Shown here: one piece after another, positions 49,461 to 56,834 of the stretch
Position numbering within the stretch: position 1 is the first letter of the stretch
Layout of the letters: each line of letters starts with the position of its first letter
Origin: Myxococcales bacterium
Lineage (GTDB): Bacteria > Myxococcota_A > Polyangia > Palsa-1104
Assembly (NCBI GenBank): GCA_003170275.1
Contig: PNAM01000015.1
Coordinates: 53,546 to 117,545 of the forward strand
Length of the DNA stretch: 64,000 bases
Direction of reading: 5' to 3'
Program-made: the position numbers and the translations under genes
The notes under the pieces: model-generated
Database searches by the model: none
What the model was told of the DNA's origin: nothing
What the model saw: only the letters and a program-made list of their open reading frames with translations

Positions 49461-51058
49461 AGCCCTCTCAGCCGCGCTGCGCCGCCGTCACGCGCGCCGA
49501 CAAGCCGTGCACGGGCCCGGCGAGCTACGGCGCGCTGTGCCTGCAGCACGCCGCGCAGGCGCGCAACCCCGAGGCCCTTGCAGTGCAGCGCGCACGCCTG
49601 GCCGGCCGGAAGGGCCGGGGCCTCGAGCGGCACGCCGCCGACCCGTGCGCGTTCGCGCGCGAGCTCGGCGTCGAGCTCACTGCTGCCCAGGCGGTCATGT
49701 TGCTCGGCATCGCGAGCAACCCGCGCTACGCGCTCGCGTGCGGGCAGCGCACCGGCCGCACGATGGTCTTCGCGGTCGCGCTCCTGTGGTGGTGCGCGAC
49801 CAGGCCGAACGCGCTGGGGCTGCTATCGACGCCGTCGCACTCGCACATGAAGCACACGGTCTGGCGCCAGATCGGCGAGTTGCTGCGCGCCGCGGGCGCC
49901 GCCGGCCGGCTGGGCGCGACGTGGTACGAGACGCCGGGCAGCGGCGTGCAGTTCGCGAACGGTGGCCGGATTCTCGGCATCGCCTCCGACGCGGGCGAGC
50001 GCCTGCAGGGCTACGCGGCGCCCGACCTGTTGATCGTGGTCGACGAGGCCAGCGGCTACCCCGAGACCATGATCGCGTCGCTCATGTCGAACCTGGCAGG
50101 GGGTGGGCGCGCGGTGGTCGGGGGCAACCCGCTCAACAACTCGTCCTACTTCGCCAAGCGGTGGAAGACACCGGGGTGGGTCACGGCGAACGTCTCGGCG
50201 CTCGACGTGGCGCGCTCCGCTGATCGCAAGCCCGGGCAGGCAACCGAGACGTGGTGCACGGAGCTGCTCGAAGAGTTCGGGGCGGAGTCCATCGTCTACC
50301 GCGCCCGCGTGCTCGGGCTGTTCTCGGATGCGAACGTGAACGGCGTGTTCACGCTGCTCGAGATCGAGGAGGCGCAGCAGCGCTACGACCTCGTCATGGC
50401 CAACCCCCGCGCGTTCGCCGACGCCGGGCCGCTACATCTTGGCGTCGACGTGGCCCGCACGGGTGCTGACTTCACATGCGTGGTAGCGCGTCGGGGGAGC
50501 ATTGCGCTCGCGCCTCAGCTCTGGCGGATCCCCGACCTCGTCACGGTCTGCGACAAGGTGCTCGAGTACGCGCGCACGCTGCGCACGGCCGACGAGCGCG
50601 TGGTGGTCAAAGTCGACGGCGTCGGCGTCGGTGCTGGCGTAGTCGACATTCTCAAGCGCGCGCCCGACGTCGACGTGGTCGAGGTCCAGGCCGCTGGCGC
50701 CCCGGCACGCGACGCCTACACGAACGTGCGCAGCGAGTCGACGTTCACGACGCGCGACTGGCTGCGCGCGAGCGGCTGCATCGCGCGCGACTCGCGGCTC
50801 GAGGGAGAAATGGCAGCGCTCGCCTACTGCTTCGATCAGAGGAACAAGCTGAAGATCCGATCGAAGGACGAGCTGCGCAGAGAGCTCGGGCGCAGCACCG
50901 ATCGTTTCGACGCACTCGCGCTCGCCGTGTACGCGCCGGCAGCGGATCACAGCTGCGCCGACAATTGGGCCGCGCTGGCAGACCGCGGGGATCTCGAGAC
51001 AGCCCTTGAAAATGTCTTCGGTCAACTCTTGCACGACAACGATGGCCCAATTTGGTGA
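49457..51058 (+). CDS. terminase large subunit-like ATPase/nuclease (deviant Walker A GQRTGRT)
   Basis: Walker A-like ACGQRTGRT; Walker B DLLIVVDEASG. RNaseH-like nuclease motifs HLGVDVARTGADFT, VKVDGVGVGAGVVD, DRFDALALAVYA. The track ORF starts at TTG 49370; GTG 49457 is preferred because of the GTGA coupling. Confidence 0.8.
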   Translation: MKPSQPRCAAVTRADKPCTGPASYGALCLQHAAQARNPEALAVQRARLAGRKGRGLERHAADPCAFARELGVELTAAQAVMLLGIASNPRYALACGQRTGRTMVFAVALLWWCATRPNALGLLSTPSHSHMKHTVWRQIGELLRAAGAAGRLGATWYETPGSGVQFANGGRILGIASDAGERLQGYAAPDLLIVVDEASGYPETMIASLMSNLAGGGRAVVGGNPLNNSSYFAKRWKTPGWVTANVSALDVARSADRKPGQATETWCTELLEEFGAESIVYRARVLGLFSDANVNGVFTLLEIEEAQQRYDLVMANPRAFADAGPLHLGVDVARTGADFTCVVARRGSIALAPQLWRIPDLVTVCDKVLEYARTLRTADERVVVKVDGVGVGAGVVDILKRAPDVDVVEVQAAGAPARDAYTNVRSESTFTTRDWLRASGCIARDSRLEGEMAALAYCFDQRNKLKIRSKDELRRELGRSTDRFDALALAVYAPAADHSCADNWAALADRGDLETALENVFGQLLHDNDGPIW

Positions 51059-51068
51059 GGAGCAATCA

Positions 51069-51359
51069 ATGAGTGTTGCAAACCTGCTGTTCCACATGTC
51101 CCGCGTCGAGCAAGAAAACGGCAATCTATTGGAGGCCCGCGACCTCGAGCGCGACGCGCTCGACGCCGAATGCGAGCGCAAGCTCGATATCGCCAAGCGG
51201 GCGATCCTGTTGCGAAGGGCCTGCCGTTGCCGCCTTGCGGCGCGCGACGCCGTCGGCGATGTGCGCGAGCGCCTGCTCGAGCAGTCGCGAGCGCTCGACG
51301 AGCAGGCTCACGGCGAGGCGTCCGTGATTTCCGACGCCGAAAGGGTGGTGACCAAGTGA
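51069..51359 (+). CDS. small coiled-coil protein (hypothetical)
   Basis: ATG 51069 preceded by GGTGAGGAG. 96 aa, helical and charged. GTGA overlap with the next gene. Confidence 0.5.
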   Translation: MSVANLLFHMSRVEQENGNLLEARDLERDALDAECERKLDIAKRAILLRRACRCRLAARDAVGDVRERLLEQSRALDEQAHGEASVISDAERVVTK

Positions 51360-52702
51360 TCGCCGAGCGCGTTCGTCGCGTCGATTTCGTGCGGGCCGAA
51401 CAGCTCGCGTCTCCCGAGGTGCTGCCAAACGGTTGGGTGAGGCTGTCGGCAAAGATCGCGCGCTGCGGTGTGCAGGTTTATCAGAACGAAGACGGCAGCG
51501 CGCGCCGCGAGTTGCGCCTTGCCGAAGACGTTTTCGATCCGCCGTCGCTCAAGTCTTTCGTGGGTGTGCCTCTGACCGACGGTCACCCGCCGCAGTTGCT
51601 CGACGCGCTCACGGCTCAGCAGCACACAGCGGGCTCGCTCTCGGACGTGCGCAGGTTCGACGGCGAATGGATGGCCGGATCGCTGCTGGTCACGGACGCG
51701 AATCTCGTAACGGCGATCAACAACGGCAAGGCCGAATGCTCGAACGGTTATTCGTGCGAGCTCGACATGACGCCTGGCGTGCATCCGCTCTACGGGCCTT
51801 ACGACGCGATCCAGAAAAACATCCGCGGCAACCATCTCGCGCTCGTCGATCGCGCTCGTGCAGGAGCAGAGGCGCGCGTGAAGCTCGACGGTGCAGCCGT
51901 GCAGATCGAACCCCAAAAGGAGAAAAAAATGCCCGCGAAGATCGACGAAACCGAAAAGAAGACCTCGACGATCGAGGAAGTCACCGCTCAGCGCGACGCG
52001 CTCGCCGCCCAGCTCGCGCCGACCGCCTGCCCGATGCACGCCGACGGAGAAGCGGCCGAGTGCGACTATTGCGACGACGACGGCATGATGCCCAAGGTCA
52101 TGGCCGATCGCCTCGCCCCCGACGAGGAAGAAGAAGGCGAAGAAAAGGGCGACGCGGCGGAGCAGCTCGCCGATTTGATCGCCGATGCGCGCGTGCACCT
52201 TGGGCGCGATTGGAAGCGCGAAGGACGGAACGCGGTCGCGATCAAGCGCGCCGTCGTCGAGAAGCTCGTGCCGACCGCGCAGCTCGACGGCAAGAACGCC
52301 AGCTATATCACCGCTCGTTACGACGCCGAGATCGCGCACGTCGACGCGAAGCGCCTCGACGGGGCCGACGCGTTGCGCGCGGGCATGCTGGTGCCGCGCA
52401 ACGATCAGCCGATCTTGCGAGGCAGAGCCGCGATGCTTGCGCAGCACGCCGCCGCTGGCAACGCCAACGCGCCGCGCGGCGACGGCGCCAACCCGTTCGC
52501 GGGTCTGACCGGGCGCGACTTGCTGATCGCGCGCTTGGCCGCGGCAGATCGGGCCGACGCTGCGCAAGCGCCGGGCACGCGCACGTCCTACGACCATACG
52601 AAGGGCTCGCCCTCGAACGGCCGGCCGGGACCGAGCGCCGCCAGCGTCAAGGCGCTCGCTGGAAAGGTGGACGCGATCGCGAAGAAAAAGGCGCGCAAGT
52701 GA
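51356..52702 (+). CDS. DUF2213-like phage head-morphogenesis (scaffold/protease-like) protein with acidic coiled-coil C-terminal half
   Basis: GWVRLSAKIARCGVQVYQ...VGVPLTDGHP...SNGYSCELD...YGPYDAIQKNIRGNHLALVDRARAG matches my recollection of DUF2213 conserved blocks. C-terminal EEEEGEEKGD region. Confidence 0.65.
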   Translation: MIAERVRRVDFVRAEQLASPEVLPNGWVRLSAKIARCGVQVYQNEDGSARRELRLAEDVFDPPSLKSFVGVPLTDGHPPQLLDALTAQQHTAGSLSDVRRFDGEWMAGSLLVTDANLVTAINNGKAECSNGYSCELDMTPGVHPLYGPYDAIQKNIRGNHLALVDRARAGAEARVKLDGAAVQIEPQKEKKMPAKIDETEKKTSTIEEVTAQRDALAAQLAPTACPMHADGEAAECDYCDDDGMMPKVMADRLAPDEEEEGEEKGDAAEQLADLIADARVHLGRDWKREGRNAVAIKRAVVEKLVPTAQLDGKNASYITARYDAEIAHVDAKRLDGADALRAGMLVPRNDQPILRGRAAMLAQHAAAGNANAPRGDGANPFAGLTGRDLLIARLAAADRADAAQAPGTRTSYDHTKGSPSNGRPGPSAASVKALAGKVDAIAKKKARK

Positions 52703-52869
52703 TCGTCGTCGACCAGATCGAGGAGCGGGAGGCCGACGAGCGCGCGCGTGTGCGTCTTGCGGAAGGGCATCGCGAGCAGTGCCACGACTGCGTACTTTGC
52801 CTGATCGATCGACCGTTGCCGCTTGTCGTCGAGCAACCCGACGAGCGCGCAGCGCGCGGCACCAACTAA
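52699..52869 (+). CDS. hypothetical small protein (doubtful)
   Basis: 56 codons; GTGA overlap with the upstream gene; ends 18 nt before the RBS/ATG of the next gene. Confidence 0.3.
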   Translation: MIVVDQIEEREADERARVRLAEGHREQCHDCVLCLIDRPLPLVVEQPDERAARGTN

Positions 52870-52887
52870 CCAACGAAGGAGAGCACG

Positions 52888-54303
52888 ATGTCGGGTCCGT
52901 ACGGGTGCACGAGCGCCGGCTTTCTCCGAAAAGACGGCGTGACCATCGCATCGGAGGTCGACGCCGACCTCAAGAAAATCCTTGGCGCATCGGCGGGCAG
53001 CGAATCTGACGGGTCGATCCCGCCTTCCAGTTTCGCCGGCCAGCTCAAGGCGCTGATCGTCAAGCGCGAGATCGCCAACTGGGACTTGTTGCAGTCCGTG
53101 TACGCCGCGAAAGATGCGCGGACCAATGGAGATTCAGCCCAGGACTCGACTGCCGTGCTCGTCGGTGCGCAACGCCAGCCGGCCGAACAGTCGACCGCCA
53201 CCGTCACGTGCACCGGCGACCCAAATACGCTGCTGAAGGTTGGGCGCGTGGTCGCCACGTCTGAGGGCGTTCGCTTCGACAGCGACGCCGAGATCACGAT
53301 CCTCGAGCTCGCGGCGTGGGTCGCGCTCACCGCCTACGCGATAGGCGATCGCGTCACCAACGCCGGCCGGGCCTTTCTCTGCATCGCGCCGGGCACCTCT
53401 GCAGCCTCGGGTGGGCCCACCACCACCGACGCCGATATCACCGACGGCACGGTGCACTGGCGCTACATGGGCCAGGGCACGGGGGCGATCGACGTCGGCG
53501 CAACGGCGGAGCTCGTCGGACCGCTCCGCGCCGACTCAGGCACGTTGACGCAGATCGCCACGCCCGTGGCCGGCTGGCGCTCAGCGATCAACCTGCTCGA
53601 TGCCGTGGTCGGGCAGTACATCGAGAGCAACGCGGCGTTTCGGCGCCGGCGCGATGCCGAGCTGCAGGCGACCGGCAACGCCACGGTCGACGCGATCCGC
53701 TCGGACGTGTTGCGGATCGGAGAGGGCACGAACAATCCGGTCGTGTCGTGCCGCGTGTTTTCCAATGACACCGACGTCGTCGACGCCGACGGGCTCGCCG
53801 CGCACTCGGTTGAAGTGCTCGTGCGTGGCGGCGCGGACGCCGACGTGGCGCTCGCCATCTGGCGCACCGTCTCCGGTGGAACACGCACGCTCGGCACGAC
53901 GGCAGTGGTAGTGCAGGACAGTGAGGGCAAAGACCAGACCGTGCGCTTCACGCGCCCCGAGGAAATCGATCTCTGGATCATCGCGGACGTGACCTACTAC
54001 GCCAAGGCGTTTCCGGCCGACTTGGCGGCGGCGACGGCGCTGCTCAAGGATCAGATCGTCTACTTTGGCGACTCCTTCGTCATCGGTGAATCGGTGCGCT
54101 CAAGCGCGCTCGAGGCGCAGTTGTTCGACGGGTATTCAGATCCAAGCACGCCGCCGGTCGCGGGTGTTCTCGACGTGACCAGCTTGCTGATCGGCCTGGT
54201 CGATCCGCCGGTCGCATCGACGACGATCCCGATCGGTGCGCGACAGTTGGCCGTGTTCGATACCTCGCGCGTTTCGATCGTGCTGACGCCGGGGACGCCG
54301 TAG
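52888..54303 (+). CDS. baseplate J-like protein with an inserted CBM5/12-like motif
   Basis: GAAGGAGAG RBS. ...TATVTCTGDPNTLLKVGRVVATSEGVRFDSD... and IESNAAFRRRRDAELQATGNATVDAIRSDVL (compare P2 gpJ ESDTDYRLRIQQAFEGLSVAGSVGAY). Insert AWVALTAYAIGDRVTNAGRAFLCIAPGTS resembles W..T.Y..GD.V...G..Y.C carbohydrate-binding motifs. Confidence 0.65.
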   Translation: MSGPYGCTSAGFLRKDGVTIASEVDADLKKILGASAGSESDGSIPPSSFAGQLKALIVKREIANWDLLQSVYAAKDARTNGDSAQDSTAVLVGAQRQPAEQSTATVTCTGDPNTLLKVGRVVATSEGVRFDSDAEITILELAAWVALTAYAIGDRVTNAGRAFLCIAPGTSAASGGPTTTDADITDGTVHWRYMGQGTGAIDVGATAELVGPLRADSGTLTQIATPVAGWRSAINLLDAVVGQYIESNAAFRRRRDAELQATGNATVDAIRSDVLRIGEGTNNPVVSCRVFSNDTDVVDADGLAAHSVEVLVRGGADADVALAIWRTVSGGTRTLGTTAVVVQDSEGKDQTVRFTRPEEIDLWIIADVTYYAKAFPADLAAATALLKDQIVYFGDSFVIGESVRSSALEAQLFDGYSDPSTPPVAGVLDVTSLLIGLVDPPVASTTIPIGARQLAVFDTSRVSIVLTPGTP

Positions 54304-54304
54304 C

Positions 54305-54490
54305 GTGGCACGGGCGAGCACGAAGGGAGAGAGCAACGGGCGACATCGCCTAACCGCGAGTGACGTGCTCGAGATCCGCCGTCTCGTTGCGGCGGGTACG
54401 CCCCAATCGGAGCTCTCGCGCGCGTACGGCGTTGCGAAGCAGACGATCCACGCGATCACGTCGGGCCGCAGTTGGCGCCATGTCGCGTAG
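54305..54490 (+). CDS. small HTH DNA-binding protein
   Basis: 61 aa; LTASDVLEIRRLVAAGTPQSELSRAYGVAKQTIHAITSGRSW (resolvase/sigma-r4-like HTH). Starts 1 nt after the upstream stop. Confidence 0.6.
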   Translation: MARASTKGESNGRHRLTASDVLEIRRLVAAGTPQSELSRAYGVAKQTIHAITSGRSWRHVA

Positions 54491-54549
54491 TCGGCCAACT
54501 TGACAAATGGGTTATCAATGGTCATCGTATGGCCATAGGAGGTAGCGCC

Positions 54550-54780
54550 ATGAGCCATCCTGCGGTAGCGTCGCGGGCGGTGCCGAAACCGCCAACGAAG
54601 CCCAAGAAGGGCGAACCGTTCAAGATGCACGTGATTCTTCCCGGCGAAATGGTCGAGATGCTCGACAACTACGCCAAGAAGATGACTCGCGATGCGCCTT
54701 TCGAGCGTCCGTTGACTCGCACCGACGCGATGAAAGCGATCCTCGTCGAAGGCATGAAAGCCGTCGGCCTGATCAAGTAG
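54550..54780 (+). CDS. ribbon-helix-helix (CopG/Arc-like) protein
   Basis: Strong AGGAGG RBS. FKMHVILPGEMVEMLDNYAKKMTRD...TRTDAMKAILVEGMKAVG fits a beta-strand-helix-helix pattern. Confidence 0.6.
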   Translation: MSHPAVASRAVPKPPTKPKKGEPFKMHVILPGEMVEMLDNYAKKMTRDAPFERPLTRTDAMKAILVEGMKAVGLIK

Positions 54781-54872
54781 CGACGCGCGTCGCCGCTCAC
54801 GTCGAGCGGCTGAAACAACAGCGCCCATCGGTCACCTTAGCGGGGACAACCGACGGGCGCGAGAGGAGCACC

Positions 54873-55034
54873 ATGAGTACATCACAGCCCCAGGCTCGCG
54901 TCGAGTTGCTCGAGCGCGCCGCCCGGTGCGTCCGCGCCCTAGTGGAAGCGATCGAGGGCCGATCGCCCGTGCCACCCTCAGATCTGCTCTACGCCGCTCG
55001 CGAGCTGCTCGCCGATCTGCAGGCGGTGCGCTGA
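54873..55034 (+). CDS. 53-aa hypothetical protein coupled to the integrase gene
   Basis: Below the ORF-track size cutoff. My translation: MSTSQPQARVELLERAARCVRALVEAIEGRSPVPPSDLLYAARELLADLQAVR. GAGAGGAG RBS. TGATG overlap with the integrase start. Confidence 0.45.
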   Translation: MSTSQPQARVELLERAARCVRALVEAIEGRSPVPPSDLLYAARELLADLQAVR

Positions 55035-56179
55035 TGGCGAGCGTTTTCAAGCGGGGCAGCAAGAGCCGGCCGCGCTGGTACGTCCAGTTCAAGGGCGCGG
55101 ACGGCAAGTGGAAGATGGAGCCGACCGACGCCGCGACGAAAGCCGAAGCGTGGGTGATCGCCGAGCAACGCCAGGCCGACGTGCGGGCCGGCAAGCCCGA
55201 CCCGCGGAACGCGCCGACGTGCGGTGCGCTCATGCCCGTGTGGCTTGACTCGCTGGTGAACAGAAACAAGAAGGGCGATCGCTACACTGCGGAAAAGCAC
55301 CTGCTGCCCGCCTTCAAGGACCGGAAGCCACGGGAGATCGAGCACACCGATATCGTGCAGTGGCTCGATCGCCTCAAGACTGGCGAGCACCCCCTTGCGG
55401 GTGGAACGCAACGCAGCTGCCTCAACCTGCTCTCTCGCTTCTTCGGATGGGCCATGGCCCGCGGTCACGCGAAGATCAACCCGGTGCGCCAGTTGCCCAA
55501 GGGCGAGCGCCCGCGCCAAGCGCCCAAATCGCAGGACGCGCCGTGGATCAAAGACGACGCGGTCGCGCTGGCGATCGCCGCTGCGCTCCCCTCCCCCTTC
55601 GGCCTGATGTACTTCATAGGGAATCGGTGCGGGATGCGCCCCGGTGAGGTCTTTGGGCTGCGCGTGTCCGACTTGGCCGAGCTCGAGCACGGTCGGGTGC
55701 GCGTCCGCTACTCAGAAGCGGGGCCGCTCAAGGAGGACGATGGCCGGGGCGAGGCCAAGGTGAAGTGGGCGCCCGCGCCGCCCGACACTCAGCTCGCGCT
55801 CGCGTCCTGGCTGGCAAAGCGTAAGTCGGAGGAGGCGCAGCTCGAGGACTACCTGTTCGACGCGCCCAAGCCGAAGCGTGGGAAGGGCTGGGGGTTCTAC
55901 ACGAAGATGCAGCGCAGCCGCGCCTGGCGAGCGCTGGCCAAGACGCTACGCGGCGAGATGACTTGGTACGAGGCGAGCCGGCACAGCTTCGCCAGCCGCC
56001 ACCTAGAGGCAGGCGCGCCGCTCGAGGAAGTGAGTGGCGCCCTGGGTCACTCGACGCCAGCGGTCACGTTGCGCCACTATTCCCGCTTCGTCCGCAAGAC
56101 CTACTCGCCTGCGATGCTCGGCGGGCTCAAGCTCACCGACGCGAAGGTGATCCCGTTCGTGAAAACGAAGACAGGCTAA
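55034..56179 (+). CDS. tyrosine recombinase / phage integrase
   Basis: N-terminus MASVFKRGSKSRPRWYVQFKGADGKW (arm-binding type). Catalytic region GMRPGEVFGLRVSDL, SRHSFASRHLEAGAPLEEVSGALGHSTPAVTLRHYSRF (R..HxxR..H..Y). Adjacent to the tRNA-Glu att site. Confidence 0.93.
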   Translation: MASVFKRGSKSRPRWYVQFKGADGKWKMEPTDAATKAEAWVIAEQRQADVRAGKPDPRNAPTCGALMPVWLDSLVNRNKKGDRYTAEKHLLPAFKDRKPREIEHTDIVQWLDRLKTGEHPLAGGTQRSCLNLLSRFFGWAMARGHAKINPVRQLPKGERPRQAPKSQDAPWIKDDAVALAIAAALPSPFGLMYFIGNRCGMRPGEVFGLRVSDLAELEHGRVRVRYSEAGPLKEDDGRGEAKVKWAPAPPDTQLALASWLAKRKSEEAQLEDYLFDAPKPKRGKGWGFYTKMQRSRAWRALAKTLRGEMTWYEASRHSFASRHLEAGAPLEEVSGALGHSTPAVTLRHYSRFVRKTYSPAMLGGLKLTDAKVIPFVKTKTG

Positions 56180-56233
56180 GCCCGCATGGCAAGCATGAAA
56201 CGGCACCGTCCTCACCTCATCCACACCAGCCGC

Positions 56234-56521
56234 TCAGCTTTTCGTGTTCGGCACGTCGGACTGACGTTGCGCCTCGATGGCCTGACGGGTGATTTCATTG
56301 AAGCTCGCATCCGTGAACCACGTCTTCCCCGAAGGCAAAATCACCTCGTCGCCAAGAAGCCGCCACACGTGCGCTGAGACGGATAGCAGGGTCCACACCA
56401 CGTTCAGCGCATCTTGCAGCTTGTACGGCGACTTCATCACCCCAGCCACGTGCTCCGACACTAGCCGCTGCAGCGACTCATCGAAGTCGAAGGCGAATTC
56501 CTTGGGCGGTGGATCGCTCAT
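56234..56521 (-). CDS. hypothetical 95-aa protein (only minus-strand gene in the element; lower GC)
   Basis: ORF between the integrase and the att site; no domain recognised; visibly less GC-rich than the rest of the element. Confidence 0.45.
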   Translation of the reverse strand: MSDPPPKEFAFDFDESLQRLVSEHVAGVMKSPYKLQDALNVVWTLLSVSAHVWRLLGDEVILPSGKTWFTDASFNEITRQAIEAQRQSDVPNTKS

Positions 56522-56545
56522 GCGGGCAATCGGGTTTGCTGCAAA

Positions 56546-56556
56546 ATCTACTGCAA
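56546..56556 (+). repeat. third copy of the ATCTACTGCAA motif
   Basis: Same orientation as the tandem copies at 45841..45864. Partial look-alikes sit nearby (TTTGCTGCAA 56535..56544, CATCTACGAG 56565..56574). Confidence 0.55.
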
Positions 56557-56584
56557 TGAGTGGACATCTACGAGCTAACTACTA

Positions 56585-56626
56585 GCGACCCCGACGGGAT
56601 TTGAACCCGTGTTACCGACGTGAAAG
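56585..56626 (-). repeat. right att repeat (inside the intact tRNA-Glu)
   Basis: 42 nt identical to 45671..45712. Confidence 0.9.
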
Positions 56627-56659
56627 GCCGGTGTCCTAGGCCAGCTGGACGACGGGGTC
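56586..56659 (-). tRNA. tRNA-Glu(UUC): tRNA-Glu (anticodon UUC), no encoded CCA
   Basis: Minus strand GACCCCGTCGTCCAGCTGGCCTAGGACACCGGCCTTTCACGTCGGTAACACGGGTTCAAATCCCGTCGGGGTCG. 7-bp acceptor stem, anticodon loop CTTTCAC, T-loop GGTTCAAATCC. Close to E. coli tRNA-Glu. Followed by CTA rather than CCA. Confidence 0.92.
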
Positions 56660-56710
56660 TAGATGGCCCGACGTAATTGCCTCACGGCGCAACGGAAGTC
56701 AAGGCGCTCG

Positions 56711-56739
56711 TTGACGATCTGCGGGGCGCGTGTTATCGA
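56711..56739 (+). promoter_or_regulatory. possible promoter of tRNA-Lys
   Basis: TTGACG (56711..56716) - 17 nt - TATCGA (56734..56739), about 14 nt before the tRNA 5' end. The -10 is weak. Confidence 0.3.
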
Positions 56740-56752
56740 ACACGACACTCTC

Positions 56753-56825
56753 GGGCCCGTAGCTCAGCCGGTAGAGCAGCGGCCTTTTAAGCCGTTGGTC
56801 GTGAGTTCAAATCTCACCGGGCTCA
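56753..56825 (+). tRNA. tRNA-Lys(UUU): tRNA-Lys (anticodon UUU), no encoded CCA
   Basis: GGGCCCGTAGCTCAGCCGGTAGAGCAGCGGCCTTTTAAGCCGTTGGTCGTGAGTTCAAATCTCACCGGGCTCA. Cloverleaf with anticodon loop CTTTTAA and T-loop GTTCAAATC. Confidence 0.92.
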
Positions 56826-56834
56826 CTAGAAGCA

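Larger units (their letters stand above)
45671..56626 (+). mobile_element. about 10.9-kb integrated phage-satellite-like / cryptic prophage element in tRNA-Glu(UUC)
   Basis: Bounded by 42-bp perfect direct repeats. Tyrosine integrase next to the intact tRNA; Xis-type HTH, prim-pol/P4-type helicase, TerL-like, DUF2213-like and baseplate-J-like genes. AT-richer ends carry a repeated GATCTACTGCAA motif. Confidence 0.85.
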
